A stretch of DNA of 64,000 nt from a bacterium (GCA_030693325.1 JAUYAV010000011.1:1368-65367); one strand, 5' to 3'. Shown: positions 48,797 to 57,757, counted from the stretch's first letter. The notes: a model not told the origin generated them from the sequence alone. Made by a program: numbers and translations.

Positions 48797-49495
48797 TTAA
48801 TATACTCTAAATTTAATCAATTTTCTAAATTTTTCAACCTCTAATTTTTTACGAAGTCTAGTTGAAGTTTTTCTAATCTCGGGATTATAACCAAGTAATT
48901 TTAACCCATTCTCAACATTTTTTAATAAACTTTGGTTTTTATTGGAAAATTGAAAGTTATAAGTACATGTCGGTTTATGAACCGATAAAGAACCCTCCGC
49001 TTCAAATAACCCTCTTAAATATCTGATTAAATAACTTTGGTTTTTTAAAATCCAATTAGGAGTTTTTATGTTTAAACGACCTCTATCGCCTGAAGGGATA
49101 CCTAATCTTTTTGAAATTTCTTTTTGATAAAGACCGATTCTTATATTGTTTTTATTGTAAACCTTGCTAACTGTTGGTTTCTTATTAAATATTTGTTTAG
49201 TTAATTTAGTATAACGATTAACAAAACCTAAATTATTAGAGTTTGCTGAAATTATAATTCTTTCTGTTCGTGGAAATTTACTAATATTGCCGTCGCCAAG
49301 AACAACTCCAATATATTCCGCTAAATTACCAGACAAGGAAAGGGGAGGATAATTTTGAGGAATTTTTCCAATTCTTCGCATTCTTTCCCGCCATTCCTTA
49401 AAATTATCAATTTTTTTCCGCTTCATTGTCCTAGCTGTCCTCAATACAGAGGGATGTGTATCTTTAGTGAATCCTTTATTCCAACTTGACTTCAT
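48797..49495 (-). CDS. free-standing double-motif LAGLIDADG homing endonuclease
   Basis: two motifs LAEYIGVVLGDGNIS and LRGLFEAEGSLS; not inside any recognisable intron or intein; ends 7 nt from tRNA-Gln. Confidence 0.75.
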   Translation of the reverse strand: MKSSWNKGFTKDTHPSVLRTARTMKRKKIDNFKEWRERMRRIGKIPQNYPPLSLSGNLAEYIGVVLGDGNISKFPRTERIIISANSNNLGFVNRYTKLTKQIFNKKPTVSKVYNKNNIRIGLYQKEISKRLGIPSGDRGRLNIKTPNWILKNQSYLIRYLRGLFEAEGSLSVHKPTCTYNFQFSNKNQSLLKNVENGLKLLGYNPEIRKTSTRLRKKLEVEKFRKLIKFRVY

Positions 49496-49607
49496 TACGT
49501 AGTAATTTTACCATAAAAAGTATAAAATTACTACCATTAGACGACTAGGCAATATCTATTAATCTAGCATAATACTGCCAAAATCTCCTTAGCTTCGCAA
49601 ATCTAAA

Positions 49608-49632
49608 AACTAAGTCCAATCGATTGGACTTA
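49608..49632 (-). terminator. hairpin ctaagtccaatcgattggacttagg overlapping the fmt stop (same family as 30124..30152)
   Basis: perfect palindrome. Confidence 0.55.
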
Positions 49633-50490
49633 GGGTATTATTTGAGGTTTTCCGCCTTCAAATTGGATTTTAGTCAATTTCAATTTTCCGTCAACCAATT
49701 CGGCCTCCAAAAGTTTTACCCGTTTTTTGTTTTGTATGGAACTATTCGCGCGAATTAGAGAAGATAACTCTTCCGGAATTAAAATAGTCCAAACTCCCGG
49801 CTCCGGATTAAGAGCGCAGATTTTTCTTTCAATAATTATAGGATCATCCTTTTCTAAATCAACATAGCCATCTTCGGTTTTGAATTTTTTCGTGTAAGTA
49901 GCCTGGCTTTCGTCTTGCGGAAGGGGAGTGATTTCGCTTTTTAAAAACTTCGGCAGGGTTTCAATCAGTAAATATCCAGCCAACTCCGCCAGTAATTGCT
50001 GTAATTTTGAAAATTGAAAATTAGAAATTGAAAATTCCAATTTTCGCTGGGCGAAAATTGGGCCATGGTCTACTTTCTCATCCACCAAAAACAAAGTGAC
50101 GCCGGTTTCGGATTCTCCGCTAAGAATAGCCGATTGAATAGGGGAGGAACCGCGGTATTTCGGCAAAAGCGAAGGGTGAACGCCGATAGTTCCCAGCCGC
50201 GACATTTCTAAAATTTCTTTGGGAATAATTTGGGCGTAAGCGGCGACGACAGCAAAATCTATTTCGCCAATTTCTAATTGGAAATTTCTAATTTCTAATT
50301 TTTCCGGCTGATAAACTTTAATCTCATATTTTTCGGCCAGAACTTTAGTCGGCGGGGGAGTGATGATTTTTTTCCTGCCAACCGGCCTATCGTGGTTGCA
50401 AACAACCGCCGCCGGCGGAAAACCGGATTTAATCAATTTTTCCAAAATAACAGCCGCAAAATCAGGCGTGCCGAAAAATGCGTATTTCAT
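49630..50490 (-). CDS. fmt: methionyl-tRNA formyltransferase
   Basis: MKYAFFGTPDFAAVILEKL...; conserved def-fmt order. Confidence 0.85.
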   Translation of the reverse strand: MKYAFFGTPDFAAVILEKLIKSGFPPAAVVCNHDRPVGRKKIITPPPTKVLAEKYEIKVYQPEKLEIRNFQLEIGEIDFAVVAAYAQIIPKEILEMSRLGTIGVHPSLLPKYRGSSPIQSAILSGESETGVTLFLVDEKVDHGPIFAQRKLEFSISNFQFSKLQQLLAELAGYLLIETLPKFLKSEITPLPQDESQATYTKKFKTEDGYVDLEKDDPIIIERKICALNPEPGVWTILIPEELSSLIRANSSIQNKKRVKLLEAELVDGKLKLTKIQFEGGKPQIIP

Positions 50491-50492
50491 AA

Positions 50493-50999
50493 TTATATTT
50501 TTGCCGTTTCCTCTAGGGCTTCTTTGAAAAGTTTATTAGTCCTGTCAACAAAAAGAATCCCGTTCAAGTGATCTATTTCGTGCTGAAATACCCGTGCCGG
50601 CAATGCCCAGGCCTTAATCTTTATTTTCTTTCCGTTTTTATCAAAACCCGCCAGCGTTATCTGTTCCGGCCTTTCCACTAAACCCCAAATCCCCGGCACG
50701 CTAAGACAACCCTCTTCAAGCTCAATCTTTTCTTTTGAAACCTTAACAATGCCGGGATTGAAAATAGCATAAAATTTCGGCTTGCCTTTATCGCTTGGGA
50801 TTTCCGCGATAAAAAGCCGCCAGTCAAAGCCGAGCTGATTAGCGCTCAAGCCGATGCCTTTTACTTTTTTTATCGCCGCTCGCATTTTTTTGATTATTTC
50901 TTTAATTTCTGCCTTTTTATGTTTGGCGAAATCAAAATCAGGCGTTTTTCGCCGTAAAAATTTTTCTTCTTTTTTATTGTTGACAGTTAAAATATTCAT
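50493..50999 (-). CDS. def: peptide deformylase
   Basis: GIGLSANQ, EGCLSVPG, HEIDHLNG. Confidence 0.9.
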   Translation of the reverse strand: MNILTVNNKKEEKFLRRKTPDFDFAKHKKAEIKEIIKKMRAAIKKVKGIGLSANQLGFDWRLFIAEIPSDKGKPKFYAIFNPGIVKVSKEKIELEEGCLSVPGIWGLVERPEQITLAGFDKNGKKIKIKAWALPARVFQHEIDHLNGILFVDRTNKLFKEALEETAKI

Positions 51000-51001
51000 T
51001 A

Positions 51002-51277
51002 TTATTTTTTGCTATTTTTTATTTCTTGATAAAAAACCTTCATAAAATAAGCGCCTTTATTTTCTATATTTTTTCTTTCGGCGACACTCTTGGCTGTGGT
51101 AATTAATTTATGCTCGTCATGTTTTTTAGCCATTTTAATATAAAGCGATTTATGTTTTTCATCGCCGAGTATTTGAGCGATTGTTAAACCGGTAAACTGA
51201 AATTTTTCATAAACCCGGCTGGTTTTTTTCCGTTCTTTGATGATATTCAGATAATCTTTGTCTATATTTATGGACAT
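51002..51277 (-). CDS. hypothetical small protein
   Basis: 91 aa ORF, Lys-rich. Confidence 0.35.
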   Translation of the reverse strand: MSINIDKDYLNIIKERKKTSRVYEKFQFTGLTIAQILGDEKHKSLYIKMAKKHDEHKLITTAKSVAERKNIENKGAYFMKVFYQEIKNSKK

Positions 51278-51280
51278 TTT

Positions 51281-51856
51281 ATGATAAAATTATACCGTAT
51301 GCGTCTCTTTATTGCCATAAATCTGCCTGAAAAAACAAAAAATGTCATAGAAGAAGCGGTTAATAAAATCAAGCCACTTTTTGATAATTATTCAGCCCAC
51401 TTTTCGCCGAAAAACAATTGGCATCTGACCATCACTTTTTTAGGATACCAGCCGCCGGAGGCCTTGGATTCTATTCTTAAATCAATCAAAGAAACCGCGG
51501 CACAATTTACCCACGTAAAAATAGATTTTGAAAGCATCAGCTACGGGCCGCCTGGCAAACCGGCTCGGATGGTCTGGCTGACCGGCGTTAAAAAAACTTC
51601 CGAAAAATTAAACGAACTGAAAATAAAATTAGACGAAACGCTTATTGAGAATGGCATAAAATTCAAGCAAGACAACCGGCGTTTTAACGCGCATCTTACT
51701 TTAGTGCGATTTCCCGATCCCTTGGGAAAATTGCCCGATAAACTAATAACTCCACTATCATTGTCTTTTGAAGCCGAAACTCTTGATTTAATGGAATCAC
51801 ATCTCAAGCAAACCGGCGCGGAATATGAAGTACTTTCTGAATTTGATTTTCATTAA
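51281..51856 (+). CDS. thpR: RNA 2',3'-cyclic phosphodiesterase (2H family, LigT/ThpR)
   Basis: two H-x-T/S motifs (HLTITFLG and HLTLVRF). Confidence 0.8.
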   Translation: MIKLYRMRLFIAINLPEKTKNVIEEAVNKIKPLFDNYSAHFSPKNNWHLTITFLGYQPPEALDSILKSIKETAAQFTHVKIDFESISYGPPGKPARMVWLTGVKKTSEKLNELKIKLDETLIENGIKFKQDNRRFNAHLTLVRFPDPLGKLPDKLITPLSLSFEAETLDLMESHLKQTGAEYEVLSEFDFH

Positions 51857-51915
51857 TTTTTAATATAAAATTTATAAATCATGGACAAGAGATAGATTCT
51901 TGGCAAATTTCAAAA

Positions 51916-53127
51916 ATGGAAAACAAAAAAACATCCAATAAAAATTACGGTTTAATCCTCGGGATTGCTTTGCTAGTCAGCGTTTCCTATTCTTTTGGTT
52001 TCCAAGGCGGGCTTCGTAATGCCGAACCGAAAACCGTATACAAAGATAATCCGGAAATCGCCGCTGATTTTTCTACATTCTGGAAGGCCTGGGATACTTT
52101 TAAACAAAACTTCGTTCATAGCAAGGATATAACCGACCAGGATATGCTTTACGGAGCCATCTCCGGCCTGGTAAACGCGGGCAACGACCCTTACACTGTT
52201 TTTCTTAAGCCCAGCGATGCCAATAAATTCGAAGAGGATTTAAACGGAAACTTTGGAGGAATCGGCGCCCAAATTGATATCCGCAATAGTCAATTAATGG
52301 TCGTTGCTCCTTTGAAAGATTCGCCGGCTGAACGAGTGGGCCTGAAAAGCGGTGATAAAATCCTGAAAATTAATAGTACCTCCACCGACACTCTCGCCAC
52401 GATTGAAGAAGCGGTAAAACTGATTCGCGGAACAAAAGGAACGACGGTTGTCCTCACAATTTTAAGAGACGGCTGGGCATTGCCTAAAGAGATATCTATT
52501 ATCAGAGACACCATCGCCGTGCCTACTCTTGACTGGGAAATGAAATCAGACAATATCGCTTACATTCAGCTTTATAGTTTCAACGAAAACGCTCCCCTGG
52601 CATTTTATAAAGCCGCCCTGCCGGCTCTTATAAGCGGTGCTAAAGGTATAATCTTAGACCTTCGCAACAATCCCGGCGGCTATTTAGACGCGGCGACTAA
52701 TATCGCCGGCTGGTTCTTGAAAAGCGGGGATGTGGTCGTAAGAGAAGAATTCAGTTCCGGTAAACAGGATGTTCTTAAAGCCCAAGGCAACAGCGCCTTA
52801 GCCGATTTACCGGTGGTTGTTTTAGTCAATGGCGGTTCAGCTTCGGCTTCTGAAATTTTAGCCGGTGCCTTGCGGGACAACCGTCATGTCAAAATCATCG
52901 GCGAGACCACTTTCGGCAAAGGAACGGTTCAGGAACTTAAAAGATTTACTGACGGCTCGGAAATGAAAGTTTCAATTGCCCAATGGCTTTTGCCTAACGG
53001 CGAAACAATTGACAAAAAAGGCATAACTCCAGATATTGTCGTTGAATTAACCGAGGAAGACGCTACGGCCGGAAAAGACCCCCAACTGGACAAAGCAATG
53101 GAAATTATAAAAGCAGAAATTAAATAA
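51916..53127 (+). CDS. C-terminal processing peptidase (S41 family, PDZ domain)
   Basis: PDZ (GLKSGDKILKIN); LDLRNNPGGYL; catalytic Ser/Lys region. Confidence 0.85.
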   Translation: MENKKTSNKNYGLILGIALLVSVSYSFGFQGGLRNAEPKTVYKDNPEIAADFSTFWKAWDTFKQNFVHSKDITDQDMLYGAISGLVNAGNDPYTVFLKPSDANKFEEDLNGNFGGIGAQIDIRNSQLMVVAPLKDSPAERVGLKSGDKILKINSTSTDTLATIEEAVKLIRGTKGTTVVLTILRDGWALPKEISIIRDTIAVPTLDWEMKSDNIAYIQLYSFNENAPLAFYKAALPALISGAKGIILDLRNNPGGYLDAATNIAGWFLKSGDVVVREEFSSGKQDVLKAQGNSALADLPVVVLVNGGSASASEILAGALRDNRHVKIIGETTFGKGTVQELKRFTDGSEMKVSIAQWLLPNGETIDKKGITPDIVVELTEEDATAGKDPQLDKAMEIIKAEIK

Positions 53128-53134
53128 TCTAATT

Positions 53135-53617
53135 ATGAAAATAATTTTATCAGAAGACATCAAGGGACTGGGTAAAAAATTTGAAATCAAGGAAGTCAAG
53201 GACGGATACGCCAAAAATTTTTTAATACCCGGAAAATTAGCCAAAGCGGCAAACGAAGCCAATCTTAAAATTCTTACTCAGCAAAAAACAGTTTGGGAAA
53301 ATAAAGAAAAAGAGATTCTCGAGCACTTTGAGAAAATCGCCGATCAGCTTAAAAGCGCCGTCTTGGATTTTCCCATGAAAGTAAGCCTGCCTGCGCAGGC
53401 AGGGGAGAAAGTATCAATTTTCGGTTCAGTCAGCGCCGCGGAAATCATAAAGGCCATTAAAGACTTGGATACTTTAAAAAAGTATTCCGAAGAAATAAAA
53501 AATTTTGAAGTAATACTGGAGAAACCGATTAAAGAATTAGGAGAACACTTGGTGGAAATAAACCTCGGAAAAGGAATTAAATCAAAAGTTAAAATTAAAG
53601 TACACTCACAACCTTAA
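53135..53617 (+). CDS. rplI: 50S ribosomal protein L9
   Basis: [32 protein letters not shown]. Confidence 0.9.
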   Translation: MKIILSEDIKGLGKKFEIKEVKDGYAKNFLIPGKLAKAANEANLKILTQQKTVWENKEKEILEHFEKIADQLKSAVLDFPMKVSLPAQAGEKVSIFGSVSAAEIIKAIKDLDTLKKYSEEIKNFEVILEKPIKELGEHLVEINLGKGIKSKVKIKVHSQP

Positions 53618-53867
53618 CTGACCGGTTGACGCCGTCAAAACGAGTGTGTCTTTTATGAGCAAACTTAACTTTCCCCGCTTTAAGAGAGTAAAGCGTGTCG
53701 TCATTCGCGCGGCGGACATTAAGACCGGGGAAATAATTAGTACCCCGCTGGCGAACAATGATGTCGCCTATTTTCACTATCTGGCCGTCGGTCACTTTAA
53801 TACCCAATCGTTGAGCCGCTGAATCTCTGCCTAATTTTGTTGAGCCTTTTGCTTTTGTATGTGCCAT
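53595..53867 (-). CDS. rpmA: 50S ribosomal protein L27
   Basis: [24 protein letters not shown]...IIVRQRGT. Confidence 0.9.
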   Translation of the reverse strand: MAHTKAKGSTKLGRDSAAQRLGIKVTDGQIVKIGDIIVRQRGTNYFPGLNVRRANDDTLYSLKAGKVKFAHKRHTRFDGVNRSVKVVSVL

Positions 53868-53910
53868 ATTAAAAAATCAAAATCAGATTAAATTCTAATT
53901 TATATAATAT

Positions 53911-54069
53911 ATGTTGTCAAGTTTCAAAAATTTAATTCAGGAAAATAAAAGAAATATCATAATAACTTTTCTGTTGATTCTTGTAATCTCTTTAAGCTTC
54001 GGTTTGGGTTATCTTTTCGCCAAAGAGAACAACCACGCCCCGATTATTATTGAAAAATGCTCGGGATAA
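53911..54069 (+). CDS. possible 52-aa single-TM peptide (MLSSFKNLIQENKRNIIITFLLILVISLSFGLGYLF...)
   Basis: ATG..TAA ORF below the ORF-track cutoff; TATATAAT box upstream; weak support. Confidence 0.25.
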   Translation: MLSSFKNLIQENKRNIIITFLLILVISLSFGLGYLFAKENNHAPIIIEKCSG

Positions 54070-54076
54070 AAGAAAT

Positions 54077-54147
54077 TTTGCGACGATATTTATAGCGTTG
54101 CAAAATCTCTTTGGGGTTTTGCGACGAATAATTTATTCGTTGCAACA
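54077..54147. promoter_or_regulatory. two operator-like imperfect palindromes 40 bp apart: ttttgcgacgatatttatagcgttgcaaaa and ttttgcgacgaataatttattcgttgcaacaa (half-site TTGCGACGA / TCGTTGCAA)
   Basis: read directly; sits upstream of a consensus promoter. Confidence 0.55.
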
Positions 54148-54171
54148 ACCCTTATTTTACGACAGATAGAT

Positions 54172-54200
54172 TTGCTAAAATTAAAACGATGTATTATAAT
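54172..54200 (+). promoter_or_regulatory. near-consensus sigma70 promoter (-35 TTGCTA, 17-nt spacer, -10 TATAAT) driving the two small SD-bearing genes
   Basis: hexamers and spacing read directly; followed by AAAAAGGAGGG SD and ATG at 54264. Confidence 0.55.
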
Positions 54201-54263
54201 AATTTTATATTTGAATAATTTGTTCTTTAAAAAAAGAAATATAAAAAAGGAGGGATAAATACC

Positions 54264-54539
54264 ATGAAGGGTAATCATATAAAATATTATCCGAATGTAA
54301 TAGGATTCATATCCAAACGATTGAGAGAAAAGTTTCCGAAAGTTAAGCCGAGGAAAAATCTGAAAAACACCCCGGCATATCTTCTTTGGATGATGCAAGA
54401 GATGCAAAAATTCGATGATTCAGTGAAAGCTGGCAGATGGATTGGCTGGATAATGGCACATGCGGAAATGCTCGGAATTATGACGAACGAAAAGTCACGG
54501 AAATTAGCTAGAATGGATTGCCGACAAGGATTTACTTAA
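54264..54539 (+). CDS. small hypothetical protein with strong SD; weak resemblance to phage MazG/DUF550-type NTP-pyrophosphohydrolase helices
   Basis: AAGGAGGG 9 nt upstream; AYLLWMMQEMQKFDD...GWIMAHAEMLGI. Confidence 0.5.
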   Translation: MKGNHIKYYPNVIGFISKRLREKFPKVKPRKNLKNTPAYLLWMMQEMQKFDDSVKAGRWIGWIMAHAEMLGIMTNEKSRKLARMDCRQGFT

Positions 54540-54585
54540 ATAATCCCGAAAATTAATAACGCAAATCTATCAAAGGAGGTGCAAA

Positions 54586-54876
54586 ATGAGCAAGAAAGAA
54601 ACTCTTGGAAAAGCAATGACCCCGGAAGAAATAATGAAACAGGCCGAATATACAGCACAGAAAGCCATAAAACGGCTCCAAGAATCAATCGACCATGGAT
54701 TTATGACCTATCCGGAGCTTATCGAAGTCCTTAAGTCTCATCTCAAGAAATCAATAGACGAGATGATAATTTTTAGGCCGGACAATCTTCCGTTTTCTCT
54801 GAAAAAAATTGGGCTAAATAAAATCTATAAAGCCCTCATAGAAAAAGAAAAAAGAGAGGAAAAACGGCGAAACTAA
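54586..54876 (+). CDS. small hypothetical protein with strong SD
   Basis: AAAGGAGGTG upstream; 96 aa, Lys/Glu-rich C-terminus. Confidence 0.5.
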   Translation: MSKKETLGKAMTPEEIMKQAEYTAQKAIKRLQESIDHGFMTYPELIEVLKSHLKKSIDEMIIFRPDNLPFSLKKIGLNKIYKALIEKEKREEKRRN

Positions 54877-54921
54877 AGAAATATTAATTATAATAGCCCG
54901 TAAAATTTTACGGGCTATTTT

Positions 54922-55737
54922 TTATGATATATATCCGGTCTGTTTCAGCCAGTATTCATTTTCCCATTCCCAAAGTTTCTTGGCGCCCAAAAACGCCTTA
55001 AAATCTTCCTGCCAATAAGGAAATTCCTTTAGTTCGATGTCGCCTTTGAGTTCCGACCACTGGTGTTCGCAATTTCTGGCTTTTGCGCTGTAGCCGCCGT
55101 TAAGCCACGGCAATTTTATTTTTTCCCGGCCGCCTTTTTGGCGTAAAGTGGCGCCGCAGTTAAGGCAAGTTTTAATCTGGTCAATTCTTAAAATCCAGCG
55201 TGTCTGAATATTTTTAAAATCATTTTGGACGGCCGCTATGTAAGCGGATGTTTGGAGATTATAATCGCGATAAATCGCCTGGGAAGTTTTAATGTCTAAA
55301 ACTCCGAATTTGCCGTCAATAAGGGCCAAGGCGTCAATAGTGCCGGCGTAGCGTTCATCAAAATTAATAATTTGTTTTTCCACGAACTGTTCATCAACCT
55401 GGATGTTTTTGGCTTCTTTAAATTTTAAAAATGCGTCAACCGCCGGAGCAATTGTCGGGTCAACAACGGGGGACTGACCGATAAGAAACTGCTCAACTGT
55501 TTCGTGCATTAAAGTGCCTTCGGCGGCTGATGCATTTTTGACCGCTTCCCCTGCGTTAAAATTATTCATTTCGGCGTAAAAGCGATAAAGCGCCGGCTTG
55601 GCTTTGATTTCAATGATTTTAGTCACGCGAGGATACCAAGCACCGTCAATTTCATAGCCGCTTGAATCTTTGAACTGCCCCAAATTGGAATAATACATAA
55701 TATCTCCATATCTTAGCAGGGAAGCCAAGATATTCAA
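54922..55737 (-). CDS. PD-(D/E)XK nuclease (Cas4/RecB/phage-exonuclease-like) with C-terminal Zn-ribbon
   Basis: GTIDALALIDGKFGVLDIKTS (D...D-x-K), QTSAYIAAV (QxxxY), CLNCG...C-x-H; GGAG SD. Confidence 0.65.
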   Translation of the reverse strand: MNILASLLRYGDIMYYSNLGQFKDSSGYEIDGAWYPRVTKIIEIKAKPALYRFYAEMNNFNAGEAVKNASAAEGTLMHETVEQFLIGQSPVVDPTIAPAVDAFLKFKEAKNIQVDEQFVEKQIINFDERYAGTIDALALIDGKFGVLDIKTSQAIYRDYNLQTSAYIAAVQNDFKNIQTRWILRIDQIKTCLNCGATLRQKGGREKIKLPWLNGGYSAKARNCEHQWSELKGDIELKEFPYWQEDFKAFLGAKKLWEWENEYWLKQTGYIS

Positions 55738-55861
55738 GGGTTATATCTGTCGTACAAGATACCTTTTGCGTCAGATAATAAAAATCTAACGCAAAAGGTT
55801 GCGGTTATTTTACAACAATTCTTTAAATAATATAAAGAACTATCGTAAAATAACCTTACTT

Positions 55862-56272
55862 TTATTTTATAAAAGATAATCCGGCTTTGATTAGATTCGC
55901 GATTCCCTGGAAAATCCAGACAAAAAATTCCCCCACTTTTTGAAATACCAAAACGATATTAAGCCCGATATGGGTCTTTAGCCATTCATTCGTATTCCCC
56001 AGGCCCCGAGTAAGCCACCTGAAGCCATTTGCCACATCCTCGCCCGACTTAGGAATGGCTCCGACAACCTGGTTGAGAAATGAAAATTTGGAAAAATCAA
56101 TATTTATATTGCTGAAGGTTTTGAATAAATCGGTTAAGGGCTGCGGGATAAAACTCTGAATTTTTTCCGGCGTCGGTATATCTGAAATATTAACTTCAGC
56201 CAAAGAAATTTTAGACGCTGACAAAATGAATGCCGATAGTAAAATTAATAGAAACAAACGCTTGTAATTCAT
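55862..56272 (-). CDS. hypothetical secreted protein
   Basis: signal peptide MNYKRLFLLILLSAFILSASKISLA. Confidence 0.45.
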   Translation of the reverse strand: MNYKRLFLLILLSAFILSASKISLAEVNISDIPTPEKIQSFIPQPLTDLFKTFSNINIDFSKFSFLNQVVGAIPKSGEDVANGFRWLTRGLGNTNEWLKTHIGLNIVLVFQKVGEFFVWIFQGIANLIKAGLSFIK

Positions 56273-56293
56273 ATTTTTATAATAAAATAAATT

Positions 56294-57757
56294 TTATAAA
56301 TAGTCAAGAGGATTCAAAGTCGCTCCATAGGGCTGGAGGCCGCAAGTGTTGCTGTTTTTTATTTCGGGTGAAAGCAAGGTCTGGCCTCCGCCGTAGATAT
56401 TCGCATAAACCGTAAAATGGAGATGCGAGCCGGTAGAAAAACCTGTATTACCACTATAACCAATCCGGACTCCCCTATTTACGATATCGCCGACTTTCAC
56501 CTCTTGCAAAGAAAGATGAGTATATAATGTTGAAAGATTATTGTCGTGTTTAATCACGATATATTTTCCATAAGAACCGCCGTATTTCTTTTTACCATAC
56601 CAAACCGGAGGACAATATTTATCGGTATTCCCGACAGCTATCACCCGGCCGTTTTCGGCCGCGAAAACCTCCGTCGAGACAGGTACGCCGATATCAATTC
56701 CGTTATGAAATCCGCCATTGCCCGTGCCTTCATTGCAGGCCGGATAAGATTTTCTGGCAAAAGAATCGACAATACAGCCGTATCCCTGGGTTAAATTCGC
56801 TTTCAAATCTAAATTCAAGGGCATGGCTAAAACTCCAGACCGCGGTACAGGCAGGATATTCGGATCAATTTTTGCTCTTAATTCGGATTCAATTTTGTCA
56901 ATTTCGGCGCCGACTGCCTGTTGTATTTTTTCCAGCTCATCAATTCTTTGCTGATAGGCGCTTCCTTGTTTTTTATTGACGGCCAAAAGATTTTGTTGCT
57001 CTGCTTTTTGATCTTGAACTATAAGTTTTCTATTCTGCGAATCGGCTTTTGCCGCTTCCTGATTTTGCTCTTTCTGCGAAACATCGCCTAATTTCTGGAA
57101 ACGTTCGTCGTGGAGCTGCCGAAGCGTGGCTACTTCCGTGGCTAAATTAGTATTAAGGTCAAGCAAGTTTTGAGTTTCGGAAATAGTGTCAGTCAAGCTT
57201 TTATTTTTCAACAAAATATTTAAAATCCCTTCGCCTTCTTTTTCATTAAGCTCTCTTAATAAATTAATGATGGCCTGTTTCTCAATATCGGACTTATTTC
57301 CTATATCTTTGATTTCACTATTCAAAGATTCAATTTCCAAGCCAAGTTTTTCAATAGTGATTCCGCTGGATTTAATTGACAAATTTAACTGGCTGATTTG
57401 ATAATCGTTCTTTTTAATATCTTTTTGAATAGTGGCGCTTTCTTTGTTTAATTCGTTGAGATTATCAAGAATTTTTTGGCGCTCGGAATCAATCTGTTGA
57501 AGCTCGGCGCTTTTCTGGTTGATAGCATCTCTGAGATCTTGAGGAGTGGAAGCCTGAACGGTAGAAAATAGAAAATAGAAAATAGAAAATAGAAAGATAA
57601 AAACAATCCAACCAAACTTGTTTGAGAAAATATCCCGCAGGCGTCCAAAGATTGGTCTCCGCGAAGCGGAGTTTGGACGCCGAGGGAAAAGAAAATTTTG
57701 CCGCTGGAGCAAAATTATTCTGGTTTTTGAAAACAAGTTTGGTTGGATGCTATTCAT
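56294..57757 (-). CDS. M23/LytM-family peptidoglycan metalloendopeptidase with long coiled-coil (EnvC-like); the N-terminal 48 codons are read through a copy of the 145-bp repeat
   Basis: coiled coil; M23 motifs HNGIDIG and GNTGFSTGSHLHF; ATG overlaps the gltX stop (ATGAATAG). Confidence 0.8.
   Translation of the reverse strand: MNSIQPNLFSKTRIILLQRQNFLFPRRPNSASRRPIFGRLRDIFSNKFGWIVFIFLFSIFYFLFSTVQASTPQDLRDAINQKSAELQQIDSERQKILDNLNELNKESATIQKDIKKNDYQISQLNLSIKSSGITIEKLGLEIESLNSEIKDIGNKSDIEKQAIINLLRELNEKEGEGILNILLKNKSLTDTISETQNLLDLNTNLATEVATLRQLHDERFQKLGDVSQKEQNQEAAKADSQNRKLIVQDQKAEQQNLLAVNKKQGSAYQQRIDELEKIQQAVGAEIDKIESELRAKIDPNILPVPRSGVLAMPLNLDLKANLTQGYGCIVDSFARKSYPACNEGTGNGGFHNGIDIGVPVSTEVFAAENGRVIAVGNTDKYCPPVWYGKKKYGGSYGKYIVIKHDNNLSTLYTHLSLQEVKVGDIVNRGVRIGYSGNTGFSTGSHLHFTVYANIYGGGQTLLSPEIKNSNTCGLQPYGATLNPLDYL
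57563..57596. repeat. heptanucleotide tandem repeat (AGAAAAT)x4.5 inside the peptidase N-terminal TM-coding region
   Basis: tagaaaatagaaaatagaaaatagaaaatagaaag. Confidence 0.8.
57606..57748 (+). repeat. copy E of the 145-bp structured repeat family (termini atccaaccaaacttgtt / aacaagtttggttggat)
   Basis: internal hairpin ggcgtccaaa..ctccgcgaagcggag..tttggacgcc is fully compensatory relative to copy A. Confidence 0.85.

Noticed and set aside
50027-50305. Clusters of gaaatt/aatttc short repeats inside fmt
   Set aside because: They are in-frame, AT-rich low-complexity coding sequence (ISNFQFS / IRNFQLEI) within the inter-domain linker, not a separate element.
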